Source of the DNA: Eledone cirrhosa
Lineage: Eukaryota
Direction of reading: 5' to 3'
NCBI GenBank assembly: GCA_964016885.1
Contig: OZ024742.1
Location: forward strand, 135,904,001 to 135,968,000
Length of the DNA: 64,000 nt
The notes below the pieces were generated by a model. It did no database searches and was not told the origin of the DNA. It saw nothing but the letters and a program-made list of their open reading frames with translations. The translations under genes and the position numbers were made by a program. Below are positions 1 through 11,140 of the stretch, one piece after another. Each line of letters starts with the position of its first letter. Within the stretch, counting starts at the first letter, position 1.

Positions 1-335
1 CAGAAAAATACAGGAGAAGGAGGACATCTACGGACCATTGCTGAGGAGTTTGCAAATCCAGTATCCAACATACACCTTTAGCTTCATACCCATCATTATT
101 GGAGCAACGGGTTATATACCAACCCGTTTGGATCAAAGTATGACTTATCTTGGGTTTGCGGACAAAGAGCGCAGCTCCCTAATTCATAGTCTACAAATGA
201 CTGCGAGAGCTGGCACCTTCAAAATTTGCAAAACATTCTTGCGATTCAAGGGATGACAATTTCTTTTCTTTTACAACCTTGCCAGGAAGGTGGCGGTCAA
301 AAAAATATACTCGAAATTAAGAGAAAGAGATAACG
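1..335 (+). mobile_element. 3' end of an RLE-type (R4/NeSL/Hero-like) non-LTR retrotransposon: end of the restriction-like endonuclease, 3' UTR, then (TACA)n
   Basis: Frame 2 reads RKIQEKEDIYGPLLRSL...IPIIIGATGYIP...LG...LQ...AGTFKICKTFL*, with the stop at 256. This fits the EKxxKYxxL...P(I/V)IIGAxG.IP C-terminus of RLE elements. Confidence 0.75.
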
Positions 336-388
336 TACATGCATATATACATACATACATACATACAATCATACATACATACATACAT

Positions 389-994
389 GGTGGCTGCCAA
401 CTCGTTTTCGAGTACGGCCACTACTTATATCCATGTAAGAGAACCCCTACCGATGCACTGAACGAGTGTGACTTTTTAGTCTAGCCAGCAACTTGAAAAC
501 TCTGGTACAAACACTACATTTGTGACAATTATTGACACAGTGCTGGGCCCATGGTACCATATGACGACAAGTGCAGAGAGATCTCCAGATATAAAGCAAT
601 GCCTGTGCCGTGAAGCTTTTATAGTGAGCAAAGGCACTGCACAAAGCCAGTCCCACTCTCTTAACCAAGATGATATTTACCAAAAAGAAGAACAAGTCAA
701 CAACATTGGATACCATCAGGGTTGCAGGTGTTATATCAGAGTTTTCCTTCTCCTAGAATTCTGCCTTGACAAAGGCTAAGGGGTCATCTCTCCCGGTGAT
801 TTTGGATGGCCATTGACTCTTAAGAGCTCCTTTGCCCTTTGACAGGTTTTGTTTTTAGTCCTGCAGGATGTCCAAAGTCACCCTCCTCACCAAGAAACCA
901 TGGTGGGGTTGCCAGTTTAGTCGCCAACGGCCCGACCATGAGACAGGTTGTACTGGGGTACATGTTACCAGTAGCACCAACTGGTGACCTGACA
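389..994 (-). mobile_element. Non-autonomous RTE-derived element (5' UTR joined to ORF C-terminus and 3' UTR), copy 1
   Basis: The minus strand has the RTE 5'-region motif CTAGGAGAAGGAAAACTCTGA, a C-terminal C2H2 finger [22 protein letters not shown], a 3' hairpin GTGGCCG-TACTCG-AAAA-CGAGT-TGGCAGCCAC and an (ATGT)n tail. No endonuclease or RT sequence is present. Confidence 0.75.
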
Positions 995-1012
995 TAACAT
1001 ACATACATACAT

Positions 1013-1623
1013 GGTGGCTGCCAACTCGTTTTCGAGTACGGCCACTACTTTATATCCATGTAGGAGAACCCCTACCGATGCGCTGAACGAGTGTGACTTT
1101 TTAGTCCAGCCAGCGACTTGAAAACTCTGGTACAAACACTCCACACCTGTGACAATTATTGACACATAGTGCTGGGCCCATGGTACCATGTGACGACAAG
1201 TGCAGAGAGATCTCCGGATATAAAGCAATGCCTGTGCCGTGAAGCTTTTATAGTGAGCAAAGGCACTGCACAAAGCCAGTCCCACTCTCTTAACCAAGAT
1301 GATATTTACCAAAAAGAAGAACAAGTCAACATCATTGGATACCATCAGGGTTGCAGGTGTTATATCAGAGTTTTCCTTCTCCTAGAATTCTGCCTTGACA
1401 AAGGCTAAGGGGTCATCTCTTTCGGTGATTTTGGATGGCCATTGACTCTTAAGAGCTCCTTTGCCCTTTGACAGGTTTTGTTTTTAGTCCTGCAGGATGT
1501 CCAAAGTCACCCTCCTCACCAAGAAACCTTGGTGGGGTTGCCAGTTTAGTCGCCAACGATCCGACCATGGGACAGGTTGTACTGGGATACATGTTACCAG
1601 TAGCACCAACTGGTGACCTGACA
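1013..1623 (-). mobile_element. Non-autonomous RTE-derived element, copy 2
   Basis: Near-identical to 389-994 and separated from it by a short (TACA)n. Confidence 0.75.
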
Positions 1624-2328
1624 GATGCATATATATATACATACATATAAACATACATATATATATACATATATATATACATATACATATATATATATAC
1701 ATATATATACATATATATACATATATATATATACATATATATATATATACATATATATACATATACATATACATATATATACATATATACACATATACAT
1801 ATATACACATACACACATATATATACATATATATATATACACACATATATATACATATACACATATACATATATACATATACATATACACATATACATAC
1901 ATATATACATATACATATATACACATACATACATACATATACATATATACATATACACATATACATATACACATACACACATACATATACACATATACAT
2001 ATATACATATACACATATACACATACATACATACATATACATATATACATATACATATATATACATACATACATACACATACATACATATATATACATAT
2101 ATATATATACATATATATATATACATATATACATATACATATATACACATACATACACACATATACATATATACATATACACATACACACATACATATAT
2201 ACATATACATATATACACATACATACATATATATACATATATACATATACATATATACATATACATATACACATATACACATATACATATACATACACAT
2301 ATACATACATATATATACATACACACAC

Positions 2329-2403
<75 letters not shown>

Positions 2404-2752
2404 CATATACATACATATACACACATACATATATACACATATACATATACATATATATACATATATACATACACATACACATATACATATACATATATAT
2501 ACATATACATATACATACATATATATATACATATATATATATATACATATACATACATATACACATACACATATATATATATACACATATATACATATAC
2601 ATATACATATATATATATATATATATACATATATATATACATATACATATACATATATATATACACACACATATACACATATATATACATATACACATAC
2701 ATATATATATATACACATATATATACATATACACATACATATACACATATAC

Positions 2753-2785
<33 letters not shown>

Positions 2786-3108
2786 TATACATACACACAC
2801 ATACATACACATATACATATATATATACATATACACATATACACATACATATACACATATACATACATATATATATATACATATATATATACATACACAT
2901 ATATACACATATATACATATACACATACACATACATATACATACATATATACATATATACATACACATACATATACACATATATATACATATATACACAC
3001 ATACATACATACATATATATATACATATACACATACATATATATATATATACATATATATACACATATACACACACATATACATATATATATATATACAT
3101 ATATATAT
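1624..3108. repeat. ~1.5-kb compound (TA)n/(CA)n/(TACA)n microsatellite
   Basis: Directly visible. It produces the spurious 530-545 aa ORFs. Confidence 0.97.
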
Positions 3109-3701
3109 GGTGGCTGCCAACTCGTTTTCGAGTACGGCCACTACTTTATATCCATGTAGGAGAACCCCTACCGATGCGCTGAACGAGTGTGACTTTTTAG
3201 TCCAGCCAGCGACTTGAAAACTCTGGTACAAACACTACACTTGTGACAATTACTGACACATAGTGCTGGGCCCATGGTACCATGTGACGACAAGTGCAGA
3301 GAGATCTCCAGATATAAAGCAATGCCTGTGCCGTGAAGCTTTTATAGTGAGCAAAGGCACTGCACAAAGCCAGTCCCACTCTCTTAACCAAGATGATATT
3401 TACCAAAAAGAAGAACAAGTCAACATCATTGGATACCATCAGGGTTGCAGGTGTTATATCAGAGTTTTCCTTCTCCTAGAATTCTGCCTTGACAAAGGCT
3501 AAGGGGTCATCTCTCCCGGTGATTTTGGATGGCCATTGACTCTTAAGAGCTCCTTTGCCCTTTGACAGGTTTTGTTTTTAGTCCTGCAGGATGTCCAAAG
3601 TCACCCTCCTCACCAAGAAACCTTGGTGGGGTTGCCAGTTTAGTCGCCAACGACCCGACCATGGGACAGGTTGTACTGGGATACATGTTACCAGTAGCAC
3701 C
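3109..3701 (-). mobile_element. Non-autonomous RTE-derived element, copy 3 (slightly 5'-truncated)
   Basis: Near-identical to copies 1 and 2. It ends at CCAGTAGCAC in (CATA)n. Confidence 0.75.
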
Positions 3702-3804
3702 ATACATACATACATACATACATACATACATACATACATACATACATACATACATACATACATGCATACATACATACTTAGGTACGTACGTTCGTACAAA
3801 CATA

Positions 3805-6164
3805 CACACATCTCCGTCGCCATCGACCCCTCCCATCACTCCCTCGTCACCTCCGCCTTCTTCAAACCCACCGACTCCAACTCCTACCTCGACTTCACCT
3901 CCTCCCACCCTACACACACTAAACACTCTATTCCCTACTCCCAACTGCTCAGGATCCGCCGCCTCTGAAGCCGAGATGCTGACTTTGAGTCCCAGGCCGT
4001 TTCCCTCGTCAGCCATTTCATCCGCAGAGGTTACCCCCCTCCCTCGACCACACCGCCCTCACTCGGGCCCGTGCTCTGCACCGTACACCTACCCACCGTC
4101 TCCCCTTCCCCATCACCTACCACCCCTCCACCCTACCCCACCACCGCACCATCCTCCGCCTCTTCTGACGCCTCCAGTCCGACCCCTCCACTTCCCACAC
4201 CTTACAATCACCACCACTCCCCTCCTTCAAACGCGCTCGCAATCTCCGCACCCTTCTCGTCCGCAGTTCCCTACCCCCCAACCCACGCTCTACTTTCTCC
4301 TCCTCCGCCCGGTTCCCTTCTCTGTTCCAGCCCTCGTTGCAACACCTGCTCCCACATCACCAACACCACCACCTTCCAGGGTCCCAATGGCCACTTTCTC
4401 TCTGTCCGGCACGCCTTCCGCTGCACCTCCTCCAACCTAGTCTATGCACTTCGCTGCAACCTACGTCGGACAGACTGGACGTCGCCTGGCGGACCGTTTC
4501 ATCGAACACCTCCGGGATATTCGTCTCGACCTGAGTTCCCCCATCGCCGCCACTTTGGCTCCCCTGGACATTCCGCGCACGACCTCACAGTCTGTGGCCT
4601 ACTCCATTGCCACGGAACACGCGCCACCCGCCTCAGGGTCGAACAATGCACCATCTTCACACTACAGACCCACACTCCCCCCGGCCTGAACTCCCCACCC
4701 CTATTCCTTTAGCCTTCTACCGCCCTGTCCCCCCCCCCTCACACACATACACACACATACATATCCCCCACTAACACACTCTTCCTTTTCAACGCCCACC
4801 GCCTTGGCCCACACCCCGACTAACAATACTAACATCCCCACCCACCCCTATCACGCACACACCCACAGGTACATATATACATGCACTCACACTATGCTCA
4901 CACCCTACTACCACAACTAACCCTCACCCACACCCACTTACACCACCCACTCTACACATCCTACCACTAACACACCCGCATTCAACCCTTTCCCCACCAC
5001 CAGTACACTAACACCCACTAACACCCCCTTCACCACACACACACTCATCCAAACACGCACACACACACACCAGTACACTACACTCCCTCCACCAACCCCC
5101 ACACCTTTTCTCGCCCTCTCCCCGCTCCACCCACGCCCCTTCACACACACACACATCCCACTAACACCTCTACTAATACGCACTCCATTCCCCCGCATGA
5201 CCCCTCCCCACTCCACCTTTCACACCTGCCCACCCTCTCCCCTGTCCACCGCACCTCCGCACACACTGACACACTGATTTGTACACCTGCCATTCTCCTC
5301 TACTGCTGCTATGCCTTCTCCTGCCTTGACCCTCTGACCACTTCTCCGCACACACAGACACACAGTCCTCTCCACCTGTCCTCCTCCTCTACTCTCATCC
5401 TGCATTGACCCTCTGACCACTTCCTGTTGCGCGCGCACCCACACATATCTCTTCTTCCGACTACCACAACCACGGATTACACACCATTGGCCATCGTTCC
5501 CACTATCCACTCCATAACATGGAAAATATCCGGCAGCTCCTTCACATCCTCTTAGGAACTCACACACGGACATACACTGACAAAAGACTTTTTCGAACCA
5601 CGCCACCTACATCCAGAAAACGTATAAACACCAACACACACGTGCGTACCCCCACATATATACACACTCAGCCTCCCGAATCCTCTCCCACTTCCCCCAC
5701 CACTCTGACACCTCCCCATCCACACGCACACGCCCACCGACCTACACCCCACCCCACACACACACCTTTTCCTGAACATGGAACCTCGTTCTTCCACCAA
5801 CTCTCACATTCACATACACACACACACACATACACAACCTTCAGCCCTCCCCGCCTCCCTCTCCCCAATCCACCCGCCACCACCCCTACACGCCCCACAC
5901 CCTTCCACCACTTGTTTATCTTCATGTTTATTTATTTTTTTTTTTTATTTGTACTCCTTCCACGTTTATCCTCCCTTTCCTCTCCCCCCTGTTTTCTAAA
6001 AGTCTCTCCTCCACTCCCCTACACACCCTCGGAACTCTCTTCCCACCCACTTTTCGCCTGAAGAAGGGCTTATACCCGAAACGCCCCCACCCCCACTCTC
6101 AAGAGTGTGAAACTAATAAACCTTTGTTTGTACTGCCTCTCTGTTTTGTTCCCGTTCCATTTTT

Positions 6165-6170
<6 letters not shown>
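3805..6170 (+). mobile_element. 5'-truncated, frameshifted Penelope-like element (Neptune-like): RT thumb plus GIY-YIG endonuclease, long C-rich 3' region
   Basis: Motifs FFKPTDSNSYLDFTSSHPTHTKHSIPYSQLLRIRRL, CSSPRCNTC, CTSSNLVYALRC, YVGQTGRRLADRFIEHLRDI and TLQTHTPPGLN occur across frames, with the coding end at 4712. Hammerhead core at 6058 and AATAAA at 6115. Confidence 0.88.
6055..6086 (+). ncRNA. Minimal type I hammerhead motif of the PLE, probably inactive
   Basis: CTGAAGA-A-GGG-CTTATA-CCC-GAAA-CG is followed by CCC instead of the usual TC cleavage triplet. Confidence 0.65.
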
Positions 6171-6208
<38 letters not shown>

Positions 6209-6432
6209 TACATAGATGCATACAAACATACATATATGCATACATACATATATACATACATATGTATATACATACATACATACATACATACATACATGCA
6301 TACATACATACATACATACATACATACATACATACATACATACATACATACATACATACATACATACATACATACATACATACATACATTCGATATATAT
6401 AATGTAGAAAAGTAACACACGTGTTTATATAC

Positions 6433-6798
6433 ATAAAAGCACATAGTAGAAAGGAAAAAGATTTTTTCTGTAGAAAATCTGAAAGAGATTTTTTCAGTGA
6501 AATATGAAAACATTAATTTATTTACAATACCGGTTTCAGCATTTTCAATTGCGGATATGCAGAATATTGTTAAGTTTCATATTTGTACAAATAGTGATAG
6601 TAATAATAATAATAAACTATTATTATCACCATTTGTACAAATATGCAACTTAACAATATTCCGCATATCCGCAATTGACAATGCATATAATGCTGAAACC
6701 GGTATTGTAAATAAATGATTGTTTTTATATTTCACTGGAAAAAACTCTTCAACATTTTTTACTGAAAAAATCTTTTTCCCTTTCTACTATTTGTTTAT
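6433..6798. repeat. Imperfect palindrome (~170-bp arms) next to (TA)n, PLE pLTR-like fold-back
   Basis: For example, TTTACAATACCGGTTTCAGCATT is the reverse complement of AATGCTGAAACCGGTATTGTAAA, and ATAGTAGAAAG matches CTTTCTACTAT. Confidence 0.9.
6671..6708 (+). ncRNA. Minimal hammerhead, U3-A8 core variant
   Basis: GCAA-TTGACAA-T-GCAT-ATA-ATGC-T-GAAA-CCGG-TA-TTGT, followed by AATAAA. Confidence 0.6.
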
Positions 6799-6816
6799 AT
6801 ATATATATATATATTT

Positions 6817-6967
6817 ATTAAAATAACAGATTAAAGTTTAAGCAAAGAATCGCTGCTTTCACCCTTAACGGGATCTTCTGAAACTAACAAAGTCAATCTG
6901 TAAACGCAGAAATGGATATTTCAAAAAACGTTGCAACCGGATTCTTTGCTTAAAGTTTAATCTGTTA

Positions 6968-7059
<92 letters not shown>

Positions 7060-7099
7060 TAACAGATTAAACTTTCTTTGCTTAAAGTTTAATCTGTTA

Positions 7100-7145
<46 letters not shown>

Positions 7146-7541
7146 TAACAGATTAAACTTTAAGCAAAGAATCGCTGCTTTCACCCTTAACGGGATCTTC
7201 TGAAACTAACAAAGTCAATCTGTAAATGCAGAAGTGAATATTTCAAAAAATGTTGCAACCGGGGGAAGACAGGAAGACTATACTTTGGTTCGTGGAAACG
7301 CGTTCACTATGCAAATAATTACTTATTTGCATAGGGAACGTTTTTTGACATATTCACTTCTGCGTTCAGAGATTGACTTTGTCAGTTTCAGAAGATCCCG
7401 TTAAGGGTGAAAGCAGCGATTCTTTGCATATAATTTAATCTGTTATTTTATTAAATATTTGCTCTACGGTTCTTATATATTTTATATATATTTATCCTTA
7501 TCGAGCCCTCTTTGGATTTTAGTCTTCAAATTGATTATTAT

Positions 7542-7545
<4 letters not shown>
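6817..7545. repeat. Three fold-back units of one family (6817-6974, 7053-7105, 7139-7545) separated by (TA)n
   Basis: Each starts ATTAAAATAACAGATTAAA and contains its reverse complement TTTAATCTGTTATTTTA. Confidence 0.85.
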
Positions 7546-7570
<25 letters not shown>

Positions 7571-7577
<7 letters not shown>

Positions 7578-7616
7578 AAAAATTGAACAGGGACAGAACA
7601 GAGAGGCAGTACGACA
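7571..7616 (-). repeat. Short inverted copy of the Neptune-like PLE 3' terminus (6126-6172)
   Basis: GAACAGGGACAGAACAGAGAGGCAGTAC is approximately the reverse complement of GTACTGCCTCTCTGTTTTGTTCCCGTTC. Confidence 0.7.
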
Positions 7617-7631
7617 TATATATATATATAT

Positions 7632-9635
7632 AAGAGAGTATTGAAGTTTGCTTGAAGCATTGTGGAATAATAAGTTAATTTCTTTAAGTCGTTTGGAAGC
7701 CTCGACAATGCAAATGGGTAAATCTCCGGGTAACAAGATCCGGTGGTGGAGAGAGAGATGTAAGTGGGTGTAAGTTGAGATGCGTGGCGTGTATAAGACG
7801 TGTAGCGGAATGAAGGAAAGAGCATAAAGGATAAAATTAAAATAACAACACGAGAGATTTAATTGTCCCTATATATTTCGGATTTTCATCCATCTACTGG
7901 GGTTATATTCTGGGGTGGGAGAAAGGTTGTCTGTCGGAAAGGTGCGAAACGCGTCCTCCGCTGTCCGTTGTTTTGAATATATGAGGTATTCAGCAGAGCG
8001 CGCGTGCGCGTGAAATGGGGTCGGTCGGGCAGAGGTCAGCGGCCGAAGTAGTTCTTTCAATTGTGGGAGTGGGATGCCGCTAGCTGTTAGTCCATTCTGT
8101 GCCTGTTTGTTAAATGTTACTGTGTGTGTGTGTGTGTGCGTGTGTTGTTGTCTCGCTTGAGTGTGTGTGTGTGTGCGTGGGTTGTTGCCTTGTTCCTCTG
8201 TATTGGCAGTGTAGTATGTTCGTTTGGTGTAATGCTACTGTGTGTGTGTGTAGTTGTCTCGTTTGTGTGTGCGTGTGTTGTGTGTTGCTACATCGTTTGT
8301 TAACTTAAACCAGCCATCTCATTTCGCTTCTCTCTAATCGGTTGTTTATTTGCGGTTGCAGTCGTTTGATAAAAAGCGCTTCCTTGATACGTAACGTGCC
8401 GACGTTTCTTTCAGTCGCTAGAATTGTGACAATGGGCCTTCCGTCTTTGTTTCCGCATTTGTCTATGTGTTTCCGGAAACACGAGGCCCTGGTTTTAGTG
8501 TGTTCCTTTATCCGGATGTGCAAAGGTCGGATTGTGCTACCTATGTAGTATTGGTTGCACCTGTCACATTTTATCTCGTACACGACGTATGTGCGTAGGC
8601 AACAGTTCGCATGGCGTATCGGGCAGTCTCTGAGGGAGCATGCGTCAATAAATTTCCCGGGTTTGTTGGAGAGGCATCTTCGCAGGGAGGGGCCCGAGTG
8701 GGCCAGGTGGATGTCGAGGCCCTCCATCCGTATAGCCTTGCGGATAGCGTTGGTGGTATTCTCGCCCAGGTGTGGAATTTTAAGGAAGCACTTGCCTTGG
8801 GTGCCTCTCTGTCTCTTGTGTCTGGTGTCTCGTATTCTGTCTGTGATCGAGGTAGGGTACCCGTTCGTCTCCAGCACCTCGAGGAATCGCTTGGTATGAG
8901 TGACACCACTCGCGAGATCGCTGCATCTGTTTTTGATTCGCGCGATCTCGTTCGTGATGTATCCTCTTTTGGCACTGTTAGGGAGGGCGGACTTGTAGTG
9001 AACGAACAGGTCCCTGCAGTCTGCCTTTCGGTAGAAGTTGCAGTGGATCCTTCCCTGTTCCGTGATGTTGATTCTGAAGTCGAGGAGGGCAAGTGACCCG
9101 TCTTCGTTGGGGTGTTCAACACTGAAGTCAATGTTCTCGTCCATGTTGTTGAACGTCTCATAGATTCTGTTCGCCGTGTCTTGGGAAGATGTGAGGATGA
9201 GGATATCGTCCACGTACTTTGAGAAAAAGCTACAGCGTTGGGGTGGCAGGCGTTGAGTGCCTTGCGTTCAAAACAACAAACAGCGGAGGACGCGTTTCGC
9301 ACCTGTCCGACAGACAACCTTTACCCCAGAAAAAATACCCCAGTTGATGGATGTGAATCCGAAATATATAGGGACTATTAAATCTCTCCCAAGGTAACTC
9401 TCTCTTGTGTCATTATTTTTATTTTATCCTTTATACTCTTCCCTTCTTTCTTCTACACATTTACACATCTTATACACACCACGCATCTCAACGTACACCC
9501 ACTTACATCTCTCTCTCCACCACCGGATCTTGTTACCCGGAGATTTACCCATTCGCATTGTCGAGGCTTCCAAACGACTTAAAGATATTTACTTATTATT
9601 CCACAATGCTTCAAGCAAACTTCAATACTCTCTTA
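7632..9635 (-). mobile_element. 5'-truncated Penelope-like element with an inverted 5' pseudo-LTR, inserted in (TA)n
   Basis: RT plus GIY-YIG ORF at 8305-9219. 7632-7975 is the reverse complement of ~9268-9635, and both ends abut (TA)n. Confidence 0.9.
8305..9219 (-). CDS. PLE reverse transcriptase C-terminal half plus GIY-YIG endonuclease (truncated, frame open)
   Basis: Motifs YVDDIL, LALLDFRI, FYRK, HYKSALP and VVYEIKCDRCNQYYIGSTIRPLHIRIKEH...LRIKEALFIKRLQPQIN. Confidence 0.88.
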   Translation of the reverse strand, partial: KYVDDILILTSSQDTANRIYETFNNMDENIDFSVEHPNEDGSLALLDFRINITEQGRIHCNFYRKADCRDLFVHYKSALPNSAKRGYITNEIARIKNRCSDLASGVTHTKRFLEVLETNGYPTSITDRIRDTRHKRQRGTQGKCFLKIPHLGENTTNAIRKAIRMEGLDIHLAHSGPSLRRCLSNKPGKFIDACSLRDCPIRHANCCLRTYVVYEIKCDRCNQYYIGSTIRPLHIRIKEHTKTRASCFRKHIDKCGNKDGRPIVTILATERNVGTLRIKEALFIKRLQPQINNRLERSEMRWLV

Positions 9636-9769
9636 TATATATATATATATATATATATGCAACTATGGAGGAGAAAGCGCTTCATTTTACAGTCTTAATT
9701 CCGATCAATACCCTGATATAAACATCCAAGTATTTACAGACAATGTTATTTTCCATTATTTTCTTCAAG

Positions 9770-9953
9770 CGATTGGCAGTATCGGTAGAGAGTCGGACGC
9801 CATGCTTTGATGCATAGAGTTACGGCCCTTGCCATTCTGAGTTCAAACCCGCCGAGGTTAACTTTGCCTTTCATCCTTACGGGGTCGATAAAATAAAGTA
9901 CCAGTAATGCACTGAGTAATTGTTGACCTTGTGCCAAAAGTAGAAACAATTAT
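9770..9953 (+). mobile_element. tRNA-derived SINE (family A) with a 15-bp TSD
   Basis: A-box-like TGGCAGTATCGGTAGA, B box GAGTTCAAACCC and central GCCTTTCATCCTTACGGGGTCGATAAAATAAAGTACCAG (resembles the Meta/MESC domain, from memory). TSD ATTATTTTCTTCAAG at 9755-9769 and 9949-9963. Confidence 0.88.
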
Positions 9954-10410
9954 TTTCTTCAAGTCTTTTTTTCATCTCCTTTTTCTTGGCATATTTTCTT
10001 GTGAAATGCCAACGTCCGAATCGTCACAAGCATTTACATCTCTCTAGATTTTAGAATTATAACGTAGCTTATTTTCGTATTATTTTCCTCGTATTAACTC
10101 CTATTGTGTGTGTATGTGTGTGTGTGTCTGTGTGTGTCTGTGTGTGTGGGTGTGTATGTGTCTGTGAATCTGTGTGCATGAGAGTGTGTCTGTGTCTCTG
10201 TGTGTTTGCATCTGCGTGTGTGTGTGAGAGAGAGACAGAGAGAGAGTGTGTTGGATATCAGATTTCTTGTTCGCTTTCTTATTTCTCTCATTTAAAACAT
10301 TATGTTTATGAACACGAAATATATTTTCATAAAATCTTATACCATTTAATGAAATTTATTCATTTAATCTACATCTTTTAACGAATTTATTTCCACATTA
10401 TTTACTTTAA

Positions 10411-10592
10411 TTGGCAGTATCGGTAGAGGATTGGACGCCATGCTATCTAGCATAGTTACGTCCCTTTACGGTCTGAGTTCAAATCCCGTCGAGGTTAACT
10501 TTGCCTTTCATCCTTCCTTGGTCGATAAAATAAAGTACCAGTAATGTACTGGATAATTGCTGGCCTTTTGCCAAAAGTAGAAACAATTATTT
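10411..10592 (+). mobile_element. SINE family A
   Basis: Same head, core and tail as 9770. Flanked by ATTATTTAC on both sides. Confidence 0.85.
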
Positions 10593-10767
10593 ACGTGTCA
10601 TCTACAGTTTGTTTTATGTTTCTTTATCTCTCTACTGAACTTAAAACAAAATATGTTTGTTTTATGTTAAGTAGAGAGATAAGACAATAAAGGTGGTTTG
10701 AGAAAGTAATATAAGAGAACTGATAAAGGACGGAAGAAATAAGAATCCGTCATACATACTAGTCTGG

Positions 10768-11140
10768 TATTGTAGTATCGGTAGAGTCGGACACCATGCT
10801 TTGCAGCATGGAGTTACGGTCTGAGTTCAAATGCCACCGAGGTTAACTTTGCCTTTCATCCTTTTGGGGACGAGAAAATAAAGAACTAGTAACGTACTGG
10901 GGTCGATTTAATCGACTTTCCCCTCCCCCAAATTACTGGCCTTGTGCCTAAACTAGAAATTATTATTAGCAGTGGATTTGTAGTATAGAGTTACGGCCCT
11001 TTGCGCGTTCAGAGTTCAAATCGCCTCGAGGTTAGTTTTGCCCTTCATCCTTGCGGGGTCGATAAATAGAGCACCAGTAATGTACTGGGGTCCATATAAT
11101 CGACTTTCCCCTCCCCCAAATTTGCTGGCCTATAATAGAA
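10768..11140 (+). mobile_element. Two tandem SINE family A copies (longer-tail variant)
   Basis: Two GAGTTCAAAT...TTCATCCTT...GGGG(A/T)CGA cores, each with the tail TCGACTTTCCCCTCCCCCAAA. Confidence 0.8.

Noticed and set aside
1449-3231. 530-545 aa ORFs rich in Y/I/M/V/C/H/T
   Set aside because: Translations of TA/CA microsatellite. The same applies to similar ORFs at 6.1, 13.9, 16, 18.5, 25.8 and 36.8 kb.
9775-9850. tRNA genes at A/B-box motifs (also 47559, 50130)
   Set aside because: They are SINE heads with no full cloverleaf, followed by the SINE core and tail.
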